From positions 14,074,001-14,138,000 of the forward strand of contig OZ024746.1 of the NCBI GenBank assembly GCA_964016885.1: a DNA stretch of 64,000 nt, in the 5' to 3' direction. The notes beneath the pieces were generated by a model. It made no database searches, was not told the origin of the DNA, and saw nothing but the letters and a program-made list of their open reading frames with translations. How positions within the stretch are numbered: position 1 is the first letter of the stretch; each line of letters opens with the position of its first letter. Below, piece by piece: positions 41,106 through 53,974 of the stretch. The stretch comes from Eledone cirrhosa. Its lineage: Eukaryota. A program made the translations under genes and the position numbers.

Positions 41106-43134
41106 TTCCTATCCGAAGGACGAGTGATAGTTCTGCAGTGACATGTGAGTGGTAGAGAAGCAAATGAAATGAAATGAGATAAAAAAAATGATTTTGTATC
41201 TTGAATAACAAAGATATACTCTCCAGATATCTGTTCAAAGAGAAGCTGGTTCATAGAATTTGGACTGAACAGCAAAGTGTGTTTAGAGGAAGAATATTAC
41301 ACATTTTTGACCCAATGAAGAAAATATGAAGCTTGTGATTCTTTATGACAAACTCAACATCAAACCAATAATCCACATTTACAATTCTATCCTGAATACA
41401 ACACACATATATGATTAGAATACCGTTCTTCGTAAGTATTTAAAGATGAATGCTTGAATATCTGAGAGAATCTCAAGTAGACTTTTCTAATCCTCAAGAC
41501 TATTATGGAGAGGGGTGGCGCTTAGTGGTTTTGTAACATACTTGGAGGTGTTTGTTTTGATTTCTATTCTGTTGTACGACCCATTGGATAAGTGGATTGA
41601 AGAAAGCCTTGTGAGCAAAGTGTTGTCGATGTTAACCGTGTGGAAGCTTGTTGTGGAGAATATCCCTGCTTTGCAAAGGTAGACTGAATCTGTTACCCGG
41701 TTTATCACTTATACTTGGCTCTCGGAAGGAATGAAAAATACACCAGGTTAACTCCTCTCTTGTCACTAGACCATTGTAAAACAAGGCTACTTGAACTAAA
41801 TGCACACCAACATTTTCCATTTCTCCTGTATATCTGGATGGCGTTTGCCTACTCATCTAGTATATTTTACAAATACTTTTATAAAGCAAAAAGAGTAAAG
41901 TTGACGTTTACGTCCAAGTGAGTCGGTTCCACAAACCATTTTTAAATATCCAGTGTAACAATTTCTGAATACTAGAAATTTACCCTGTAGAAGACAAGAA
42001 CAAATCATGCTATTCTAATAGTAGTCCGAATAAGTGTAAAGGTTTCACTGTGCATTAAATAAGAATAGCATTAAATTGTTCAATTGGGCTTAATGTTTAG
42101 CTTTCCTCAAGTGCATCTAGAACCTCAATTTGGAAATATTTCTTAAATGTCTCTTGCTAAAAACAATGATTTAAATATTTGATTTACTTCAGAGTAATAT
42201 ATATGACAACACCTCAAATGAAAGAGAACATAACAACAAAATTATTATCTTATTTTAAAGGAATGCGTGCAATCCAATATATCCCACTTCTCCCCGCTCC
42301 CATCTCTTTCTCTTACACCTATTTTGTTTAATTCTATTTCAGTTCAAGTAGAAAGACTTTGCAAGTATATAAAAAATCCAGGCATCAATGTTGAGGTGTC
42401 AACTACGTTTTACAAAGAATTGTGTTAAAAAATACTACAGAAAAGAATCTACACAGGGAAAGGAAAATTATAACTTTTTTATTGTTTTTATTTCGATTAG
42501 AGATCAAAAAGTATCTGAAGCTTATTTGCAGTTTTATTAAATAAAGACGAAATTGGTTGTGTTTGGCAATAAAAGTGATATCTCTAAAGAATTGAAGACA
42601 ACCAGTTATCAAACAACATCAATCGATACCGACTTTGCCGTTTAAGAGAATTATTTTTAGGCATAAAAGGTTATAAAAATTATTTCATGAATATTATTGG
42701 AAATATGAAATCCTATGTGGCAGTAATCGTTTTGTTCTTCACACGACGCTTTTTCTGCTTCCGCTATCATGTTTAAAACATATTTTATTGATACTTTCTC
42801 ATTCAGTGGCAGACACCTAGAGAGATATACACTAAATTTAAACTGTAAAAGAGGTGGATTGCTTATATTGCGAGGCGAACGATAATTAGAAGTCTTTCGT
42901 CTTTCCAAGACAAGTTAAAAGAAGAGAAACAGTAATGTTTTATTCTTCTAAGCCGCTATAAAATCCGTGGACAGATTATCATGGAAAAAGGGAAAATTCG
43001 GATGTAGTATTTTATATTACATTCATGAAATGATGAGAGAACAACAAATAGATCAGCAGTAATCAAAACAGGAAACCAATGGTAACAACACCAAAACCTT
43101 GCCCCCACCTTTTGTATATACTTTCAATCTTAAG

Positions 43135-43185
<51 letters not shown>

Positions 43186-44783
43186 ACATATACATACATA
43201 TACATACATATATACATAATGTAACATATACACACAAACATGTATATATTCACAAAAACTCAAGATAATACAATTATATGAAAAAGGTCAATGTTTCACG
43301 AGCGTGAATCATGTGCCATGACAATCATCAGATTAGTAACAGACAAATAAGAATGCGATGTCAACATTTATATGTATGGACGTAAATATTTTTTAATGGA
43401 AAGTAAAAAAAAATGAAAAAGCCACAAGAGTAGTTGTATTAGTAACAATATCAATAAATACAATTTGAAGAATCAACACAAATATCAACCAGAATTGGTG
43501 GAATAATCGTAGTAGTGAGTGTAATAAAATTTAGTGGAACAACAAATAAAGAACGTAAGCCATTACAAAAATTGTAGTAGTAAATCTTATTCGAAAATAA
43601 GCCGAGTAGAAAAACACGACGAAAAGTTTGGCCTGAGGCTAAATCTAAAAGAAGTATGGTTAATTTTGAAAAGCTCACTCAGTAGAACATCACATTGAAT
43701 AAAACACTTCATTCTGTTGATTCTGTTTCGAAATGTCATAGGTAAAAAGCCCCAAATAAAATTCCAGCTAAGGTTGTTAGTTATGATTTTAATGCCAATG
43801 TTTTTCTACATCTACTGCTTTGAGGTATATGAACTTATACAATACTTGTAAACTGGTAAATACGAAGGGTGAAAGATTAACGAATAAAGCTTATATTCTA
43901 TTATCTACGTCGAAATGTTTTTTGATCAATTTAATTGTAAATCAACCTTAACTCATGGCACTGCAAAATGTCAAAAGATAGCAGATTATCAGAACACGTC
44001 AACAGGTTATGTCTGCACACATCAGGTTTCACATGTATACACACACGGTGTCATGTACGAATGTGTATATAATGTATTATTGTGTTCGTGACATCGGCAT
44101 TTTTACATATTATTAGAAAGATGCGATATGCTTAGACACATCTTTCGGCACACACCACTTCAAAATATATTAATCTTAGCGGAGGGAATTTATACATAAT
44201 ACTTGGAAGCATCCATTATAAATGAAGTAGTTGGTTATTTTAGAATAGTTAGATGTGAGTTATACTCCTATCATATACTGGTTAGTCTACAAAGGAGATT
44301 CTGACTCTGCTTTTTTAAAGTCCCTTATATGATAAAATAAGTATCAGTTAAGTATTCAGATCGATCAAATCTACTTTTTACTCACAAATACCAACGCAGA
44401 ATAAATTATTATTATTATAGAATTGTTTTCACAAGCTAAGGTGTCGAAAATCCAGATATTGTGTGGTAGCGTACCACAAATAGTGGTCTCAGATAAGACT
44501 AAATTTGTCTCCATTAGGTGTTCATAACTTTCCTGAAGATTCTGTGCCAAAATCAGAAACCGTTTTGAAAGTATTATTAGTATTTAGTATATTTTGTACA
44601 TCTTGGATTATAAATTCAAAGCACGTATTCTACCGCAATTAAAACTTCACTTTGGATCTGAAAATAAACTGATCTTTTTTTTTTTAGTGAAGCTGTTTTG
44701 AATTCAAAATTTATGCAAACAGCCTTACATGTAGACACGCACACACATATATGTGCACTCACTTACACACACACACACACACG

Positions 44784-44820
<37 letters not shown>

Positions 44821-44916
44821 GCATATATATATATACCAAAAAACGTTTTGTTCTGAAATTTAAACACGAATATTGCAAATTTCAGATGGAATATTTTATT
44901 CGTTGCAAGCTTTACA

Positions 44917-44985
<69 letters not shown>

Positions 44986-45477
44986 TATTCTTTTTTATTT
45001 CTCTAATTAAAGTAAAATTAAAACAATAGCAGACCAACAATGCGTGCAATATATCTTTCAAAATCTCATCCATATATAGTATATGGATTTTATTTCCAAA
45101 GTGTTCGTGTCAATTTTAATCGCTTATTTTCTTTCCTAGAAAGAAAATCAGAACTATTCCTTTTAGCATGCAATTTTTATTAAATAATATTTATTAATAT
45201 CAAATGAACATTATGTACGATTATCAGATCACATACTGTACTGTTCAAAGTTTAACAATCTCTTTCTCCATTTCTGGATCAAGGTAGAGAGGGACAAGAC
45301 AGTTCTTACGTCTGCTCACGACTAGCGAAAGCAGGGTACGTACTACTATGCAATACCCGATTGTGACAGATGTAGCTCTGAGATTTTGTATTACAAAAAA
45401 TGAGTCCTTATCATGTAAAATCGAGGTACTTTATATATTTTATTGTCTGTCTTATTGACATTATTGACAAAAACAAG

Positions 45478-45661
45478 GGCGGTGGATTGGCAGTATCGGT
45501 AGAGGGTCGGACGCCATGCTTTCCAGTATAGTTACGTCCCTTTACGATCTGAGTTCAAATCCCGCTGAGGTTGACTTTGCCTTTCATCCTTACGGGGTCG
45601 ATAAAATAAAGTACCAGTAATGCACTGGGTAATTGCTGGCCTTGTGCCTAAAGTAGAAACA
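45478..45661 (+). mobile_element. Same SINE family, full length
   Basis: Consensus-like. TSD ATTATTGACAAAAACA at 45460-45475 and 45662-45677. Confidence 0.92.
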
Positions 45662-45836
45662 ATTATTGACAAAAACATGTAGTTTCCATTACACATGCGC
45701 CTTGTCATATCTAATGTTGCTTCAAAACTGATGATTAAATATTAAAAGTTGCATGTACAAGTTCTAGTAATAGAGAATACGTACTTTTGCCATTAATGTC
45801 TATGAAACTGGCAGTTGTTTTTGTTTATTACTAATA

Positions 45837-45979
<143 letters not shown>

Positions 45980-47571
45980 TATATACATAGAGAGAGAGAG
46001 AGTTAACTACACACTATTATCATAAACGTTTCGGCTTGCCAACATAATGAGGCATTGAGTCTATCAAGTCTTTAAAAAATTAACAGTACAACATCCATTC
46101 TGATGGTGTTGTATAGAAATTTAATCAACACTAATGTAAATGCAAAACATTACACCTCTTTAGTACAGAGAAGCGAGTTCATTTAACATCTGTAGATGTA
46201 CATCGGATGAATATAGAATTTAGATACCAGTGTTATTTATTCAATATTGCAAAATACATACTTTCGCATATTGCAGAGAGATAAAGACAGAAGAGAGAGA
46301 GAGAGCGAGAGAGAGAGAGAGAGAGTGAGAGTGAGAGAGAGAGAGAGGGGAGGGGGACATTCAATTAAAAGACTTCATGTATTTTTTAAGAATCGGTGGT
46401 CGAGGATGGGTTTTATACACAGAGATGCAAATATATCAGATTGTATTTGTATTCAGCAAGTTTTGAATATCAAAATATATCATAGTTTCGATAAACAATA
46501 AAATTACACAATATATTTGATTCAACATTCTAAGAAAGTGAAGTCCGCTACACCGACTATTCAAATGCTGATATTACACAAGGAAGTTAGTATAACAGAC
46601 AAACACACATACATAGTCTTATAGGTTTAACATGTTGGTCACAGTTAAGACTTGAATCTCATATCCTAATCTTTAAGAATAGGACGATGCCACTGTTTTT
46701 CATCTTGTTCGCTAACCCAAACACGAACACTATCGGAGCTGGTAATTTTTATCTTGAAGGGTTTGTGAAAATAACTATTATCAATATACAGATCGATATA
46801 GTTCACTACACATGTATTTGTGCCAAATCCAAAAGAGAAAATATTTATTTCGATCACTAAAAGCACTCTTAAAAGTCTTTTGGGACTCAACTTTAGTATA
46901 TTTCTATAGTGTATTTGTATTATATTTAATATGGTTTTCATAAATAACAAGGATCACATCAGCTCCGGTTAAGTGAAAGGCGGAAGTGGGTGGCATCAAA
47001 GAGGGTGTACATAGACATCTAGCACACGCCTGAAACGTGTGTACTGTATGTATATCGATCAATGTTTGCTTTGTTTTGATTAGTAAGAAATCTAGAAGAT
47101 TTATAATTCACTGTAAGACCTTTCATAATTCATGTTTAATTATGATTTATTGGAGAACGACTACAGCGTACGGAATTACCTGACTGCTAATTAATTTTGC
47201 ATCTTTTGTCGATATGGAACGATTGAAAATATTCAATAAATAATCAATGATTTAAATGGGATTATTTAAGGTCAAATAAAAAAAAAGTTTGTTAATAGGC
47301 GTAAAGATTAAAAACTGTAATTATGTAGCAAGATAACGTGAATAGTATCTGAGGAAAATTGTGCTCTGTGTTGTGTTTGTCGGAGAGGACAACATGAGAG
47401 AGAAAGAGAAAGAGAGAGAGGGGGGAGAAATAGAGAAAAATAGAGAGAGAGATGAAGGAGAGAAAGAAAAAGAAAAAGAGAGAGAGAGAAAGAGAAAGCG
47501 AGAGCAAAGAGATGGGGAGAGGCAGAGATATTTTAAACAACGTCACAAATTTATGGCAAAAATCACAGATA

Positions 47572-47702
47572 ATAATGGCTTCTAATTTAAGCACAAGGCC
47601 AACAATTTGTGAAGAAAGAAAAGTCAATTAAATCAACCCTAGTATTTTATCGATCTCAGAATCATTGAAAGTCAAAGTTGAACTTGGTGAGAGTTGAACT
47701 GA
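47572..47702 (-). mobile_element. Degenerate SINE fragment
   Basis: TTCTAATTTAAGCACAAGGCCAACAATTTG..TTTTATCGA..TGAAAGTCAAAGTTGA..TTGAACT. Confidence 0.6.
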
Positions 47703-47710
47703 AAACTCAC

Positions 47711-47741
<31 letters not shown>

Positions 47742-50051
47742 TATAACCATAACTATGAAACAGCGAAAGGAATACGTGGTTACTTGAACTGCTAGAAACT
47801 GCAGCCAAATGTTCCTGAAATTGTACCTTTAGTTTCTTCAAGGAAAGAGATATCTTATTTGATCATCTTAGGTACACGATACACGAACCAACAAAAATCT
47901 TGATCACGCAGAAATAACTTCTCAATTCGGGATTACTTGGGTTTACAAAGATTAAAAATTATATATAATAATATATATATAAGTCGCAGATAAACTAGAA
48001 TTCAACAAAACAAAACAAGAAGTAAAGATATTTTAAAAAATTGTACTATTTATGAGATAGATGGTATCGCAATATTTGTTTAAGTTATCATTAATTTTCT
48101 TTTTTAAAATTCTTTTCAGAGTCATGATGACCGGTTTAGAAAATAGGATATTTCTGATTTCTGAATCATTAAACGATTGAAAGATAGATTTATCTCATGT
48201 TATAGAATTGTTATCTCCAATTGACATCACGGAATGTTTTTCGAATTGCTATGTAATTAGATTAATACATTAAACTTTAAATGCAATATCAGTAGCATAA
48301 TAAAATGGCAGAGCTAGAGGATATGAAATCATTAGAATGATGATATACTAGTATTAAAGAGACATTATAAATTCTGTCCTTGATTATTTACCATCTGAAA
48401 GAGTAGTTACTGCTTTTTAATGCTTTAAGTTCGATCACTTAATGCAAATTATTTGCATACCGAAAATTTAGAAATTATACATGACATTGCGTGAAAGAAA
48501 GGTTTCAATTGTTTAATGTAGAGACAATGGCAACAACCTAATTCGAAACTGGTATTGCTTATTGAAAGCAATGCATACAAATCGAGAAGACCTTAACGGT
48601 TGGAGAGGACCTTCAAACATCTTGGGTACATCCAACAATAAAATTGATAGTTAAACGCTTCACAACACGGTGACATTGTTTATAGTTTCAGTTTAAAAAA
48701 TAGTGCAATAACGTAATTGGTAATTTGGGAAACAAATTATTGAAGCCGACAAAAGAAATTGTGGAACAATATAGTCGCCAGTAACATAATAAACCTATAT
48801 GCTCTGGCGACAGGAGATTCTATTTCTCAAAACATTCACGTTTCTTACAGACACTTATAATCAACGTTTTCTAGTTCTTTTTTCTCTTTTTCTTTGTTTG
48901 AAGAAAAGTAAAGAGATCGAGAGATTAATTAGTTGCGAGACATGGTTAAAGAACGATAAAAAGATAAGCATATATATAGAGAGAGGAATTGTGAGAAAAT
49001 GTATTTCAGATAGAGTTGGATTTAAAATATCGGGAGTGAAAGACTGACAAGATCTGTAACCTTAAACGTGCAGATTCCTGCTTTATCGCTTTCTAATTCT
49101 CTTTGGCTCACTTAAATATAAACGAGACAGACAGCTTTTAACCACGTTATTTATAACACACAGATAGAAACACAGACACACATACATACATGCATACATA
49201 CATATATACATACATACAAACATAAATACATACATATATATACATAAATACACACGCACACTTATACTCACGCATGCATATATATGCACAGAGTCCTTTA
49301 ATTTGCTTCAGACAACATGGCTACTGTCATATACATATAAGTATATATATACGTTTATGCATCTAGTTTCCGAGATGCCTAATGTGAAATCGTGTGTTGA
49401 AATTGATATTGATATATGTTGCCGGAATTGCAGAAAAAGAAATACAGGCACTGTATGATTTTCACTTTTTTACTTTATTTCTAGTTATTGACTATTTCTT
49501 CTCTTCTGTGCCTCCTCTTCTTTCTGGTCTTAAACTGTTACTCCAGCTTGAATTTTTTGTGGTATGTTTTTCGTGTCTCGTGCCTGCGCACGGGTGACAT
49601 TGATGAATATGACACTATCATATTTTTCGCTGACATACCAAGAGTTGGCCTTCCTAATCTTATACTTAGTTTTTTTCTATGCTATTCTATGATTTGCTCC
49701 TGTATTTCCTCCATAATGGGTTTGAATTTAGCCATGACTCCTTTGTACATCCTTAACCTGTCTTTCTGGTTAACCAGAGAACTGCATATGGTGGATGAAG
49801 TGGTGTATGTGTCTCTTTAACTCTGTCGAATCGCACATACGGAACACGTTTGTCATCACCCTTATCAGGTCCGCTATCAAAATATTGAACTTAGTACTAT
49901 CTGAGATAGCTGGCCTCCGGTCGATCAGGTACTTGGAGGCCACGGGATTGTGGCAGGACCACCAACAAACCCTGTAAACATATATAGCTTTATATGTGTA
50001 TATGCCTATATATCTGTACATGAGAAAGACGTAAAGGAAGAGATAGAGATA

Positions 50052-50905
50052 CATTTCTTTATTAGCCACAAGGGCACAAAAGAAGGGGACAAATACAAAT
50101 TAGGAGTTTACATACAGGTATATGAAATTAAAACTATTAATAAAATAACAAATAACAATTGATATCCCCAATAGGGAGGGGGGGGAGGCGTTACACAGGG
50201 GTTGTACACACCCCGAAAAAATGTACAACCCTCATCTCCAGGAGCACCAAGAGTGAGTACACCCTTCCTCTCTTCCTCTTTTTCCTCCACCTACAGGCTT
50301 ATATATAGAGAAGGCCCAATCACTCGAGCCATCTTTGCCACATTCACCCACCTTTTATAAAATTTGCTGGGGTACAGCACCTCTCCCTCCATCCTGATTC
50401 TTCTTCCAAAATGATATTTGAAAAAACGAATCAGTTGCTCGCCGGAGAGAAAGGTGTCTGACCTCAGCCCTTTTAACATCGTCCACCATATAACCTCTTT
50501 CACCATAGCCATAACACATAGGAAAACCGCCTCTCCCTCGTTTTTGAAGGAGGGTGGCGGTTTGATCATGACAATGGGCTCGGTGGTCAACTGGATTGGT
50601 CCCACCCGCGACAATAGTCGTTCTACATAGCCCCATAGGTCGATAACGCCCGGGCAGTGTACAAATGCGTGTGCGACGGTTTCCTCGTCGCGCACGCATC
50701 TCGGACAGATCTTTTTCGAAGGGTCCCTACCCGGGCGCCCGTGTATATAGAGCTTGTCTCGAACTGGTAGAGCTCCTCGGTAGCACTGCCAGGTCAGGGA
50801 CTTTTGGAAGTTGTCCATTGGTCCCGGGCGGAAGGTCCTACCAAACAGACTGGCCAGTTCGTTCTCCTCTACGCCTAGAGTTTCTCCGAGCGTGTCGGCG
50901 CACTT
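50052..50905 (-). mobile_element. 5'-truncated L1/Tx1 LINE (open ORF2 C-terminus + 3' UTR)
   Basis: PGPMDNFQKSLTWQCYRGALPVRDKL..CPRCVRDEETVAHAFVHC..IWWT, stop at 50291-50293, AATAAA near 50057. The 5' junction abuts a CT/CTAT repeat. Confidence 0.9.
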
Positions 50906-51539
50906 AAGAGATAGAGATAGAGAGATAGAGAGATAGAGATAGAGATATAAAGTGAGAGAGAGAGAAAGAGAAAGAGAGAACTGGGGAAAGCACGGCTTCA
51001 GGGAATACGAGTCACACAAAGAGTGCTGATTTAATAAACATTCTTACCTTGTAATAGATATGTCATAGAAAAATAACATGCCAGTATAACATTAAACGTC
51101 ATTAGCATTCGAAGAATTTACACTTTACATGATAAATGACAAAGCTTATTTTGTATAAAATATATTTATTTCATTAACAGAACGGAATAGCGTTTAATGT
51201 GGATTACCTGAATAAACGAAGAAATAAAGAATTGCACGTCAATCATTTATGGTTTGTTCTTTATTTGCAATAAAAGCAAAAAGCATTTTTATTATTTTTT
51301 CATTCATCATTAATATCAATTTATCACAGTTAATTTAAATTGAAGTGAAAGTCGGAGTTTGGAGAAAATAATTTATATTATTTCACCATTCTTGATTCTG
51401 TGTTCAATTACAAGAAATGCCAGGTAGATCGATCTGATAGAAAGAGCAGCCCAAATCTTTCATACCACTATAATATATACATGTATATAGACATACACAT
51501 ATAAATATGTATATACATATACATATCTATCTATCTATC

Positions 51540-51971
51540 TGGTGGACGAGGTTGAGAGGACTGAGGACAGATGCCTTTCTCTCCGGACAACAATTGATTC
51601 CCTTCTTTAAGTATCACTTTAGAACGAGAATCAGGGTGGAGAGAGAGGCACTGCACCCCAGTAAATTTACTGAAAGGTGGGTGAATGAAGCGAAAATGGC
51701 CCGAGTGATTGGGCCTTCTCTATTTATAAGCCTGTAGGTTGAATAAGAGAGCAAAAGGAAGAAAGGAGCACTTGCACAACACGCTCCTTGAGTTGAGGGT
51801 TGTTCTATCGACGGGGTATTAAACAACCCATTTGTGGCGCTTCCCCCCTATTGGGGATTTCGATTGTTGTAATTGTTTGTTTTTATATTTTTTACACGAC
51901 TGTATGTAAAATCCCCGGCATGTCTTTGTATTGTCCCCTTTTCTTGTGCGCCCTTGTGGCAAATAAAGAAA
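51540..51971 (+). mobile_element. Short 3' fragment of a related L1/Tx1 subfamily
   Basis: WWTRLRGLRTDAFLSGQQLIPFFKYHF...GPSLFISL*, then UTR, AATAAA and (CT)n; (CTAT)n at the 5' junction. Confidence 0.88.
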
Positions 51972-51998
51972 TCTCTCTCTCTCTCTCTCTCTCCCCCC

Positions 51999-52055
<57 letters not shown>

Positions 52056-52223
52056 GTTACAACAGTAACATATACAGGTACTTAAGTTTCGTAGAGTTAT
52101 ACACCCCAGCTGTTATATAAAATAATTAACTAGTTCTATGGACTGAGTGCTCTTACTCTTGGATATATTCCTACCAAACTTATACTACAGTATACACACA
52201 TACATACATATAGATATATATAC

Positions 52224-52267
<44 letters not shown>

Positions 52268-52773
52268 GTGTGTGTTTGTTTGTGTGCGTGTGTATGTGTG
52301 TGTGTGCGTGTGTGTGTGTGTGCATGTGTGTGCGTGAAGATCGCTTACCGTCTAGATCTGATTATTGCTAGTAGTACAAATAGATGGGCAACATGTGGCG
52401 AATTATACAGAGTTATTTGTATTAATTGTTTTGAAGTAGCGAAGGTATTCCTGTGACATCATGCCAGGTAAACACTCAAAGAACCAGGATGTTAATAATT
52501 GATTCCATACTTTAGATTTATTCGATAAATCAATACATTCTATTAAATATTCGGAAGATATATCATTAATAGAATCGAGAAAATATTACTAATCAATTAT
52601 CAATATGAAATTACTCGTCCAAATAACGATGATAACGAATGTAAAGTGTGCATATGGGATTAATTTGGGCACTGAGAACTATGGAAAATTGAGAATAACC
52701 TCAGGGAATTGATTCAATTATTCATGAAACAAAAACTATTTTGGCTGAAGAGAAATAAATCTCATGTACACAA

Positions 52774-52836
<63 letters not shown>

Positions 52837-52869
52837 CACACACACGCACACACGCACACAGACATATAT

Positions 52870-53033
52870 ATATTTAATATAGAAAGGCTTCTACAGGACT
52901 AGAACTGTTTCCTTCAGGAGAAATCATCAGGGCTTCCTGTAGAAGCCATTCTATATTCTATATTAAATATTTATACTCTGCTTTGTATTGAGTACATTAC
53001 TTACTGTGGTTACCCCCGATGGAACCCGGGATA

Positions 53034-53036
<3 letters not shown>
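52870..53036 (-). mobile_element. Short PLE-like foldback (family F) with hammerhead core
   Basis: 22-bp arms at 52876-52897 and 52936-52957. Minus strand reads CUGAUGA-UUUC(UCCU)GAAG-GAAAC-AGUUCUA-GUC. Tail extends to 53036; TA lies on both sides. Confidence 0.7.
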
Positions 53037-53086
<50 letters not shown>

Positions 53087-53089
<3 letters not shown>

Positions 53090-53335
53090 TTAAAGTTTAA
53101 GCAAAGAATCGCTGCTTTCACCCTTAACGGGATCTTCTGTTATTTTATAAATATTTGCTCCACGGTTCTTATATATTTGATATATATTTATCCTTATCGA
53201 GCCCTCTTTGGATTTTAGTCTTCAAATTTATTATTATTACTATTATTACTATATATATATATATATAAAATAACAGAAGATCCCGTTAAGGGTGAAAGCA
53301 GCGATTCTTTGCTTAAACTTTAATCTGATATTTTA

Positions 53336-53341
<6 letters not shown>
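53087..53341. mobile_element. Rearranged family E element with 61-bp inverted arms
   Basis: Arms at about 53087-53147 and 53266-53326 enclose a sense tail and a short TA run. Confidence 0.75.
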
Positions 53342-53397
<56 letters not shown>

Positions 53398-53645
53398 ACA
53401 CAGTCATTTCCTCCCCTATTGCATGCGCAATGTTATGAGAGAATAGACAAATGAGGACGGCGGCTTATGCGCAGATGTAAACACACATGACGCTCTGTCC
53501 CGCTGTTTAATTGGAGAAGGGTGTATTTGTCCATCTATAATGTATATATTTAAAATTCTGCCTGTCTACCTTCATGTAACGTTATGACTGTGTAGCTATC
53601 TTTATGTAACGATATCACTGTGTAGCTATAATTATTTAACGATAT

Positions 53646-53972
53646 GGCCGTGGATTGGCAGTATCGGTAGAGGCTCGGATGCCATGCTTTGACACATAGA
53701 GTTACGGCCTTTGCCATTCTGAGTTCAAATCCCGCCGAGGTTAACTTTGCCTTTCATCCTTATGGGGTCGATAAAATAAAGTACCAGTAATACACTGGGT
53801 ATTAGCTGGCCTTGTGCCAGAAGTAGAAACATTTATTTAACGATATGGCGGTGGATTGGCAGTATCGGTAGAGGGTCGGAAGCCATGCATTGCAGTATAG
53901 AGTTACGGCCCTTTGTGATCTGAGTTCAAATCCCGCCTTATAATTGCTGGCCTTGTGCTAAAAGTAGAAACA
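53646..53972 (+). mobile_element. Two tandem SINE copies (53646-53831; 53847-53972, internally deleted)
   Basis: TTATTTAACGATAT occurs three times: 53632-53645, 53833-53846 and 53974-53987. Confidence 0.9.
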
Positions 53973-53974
53973 AT

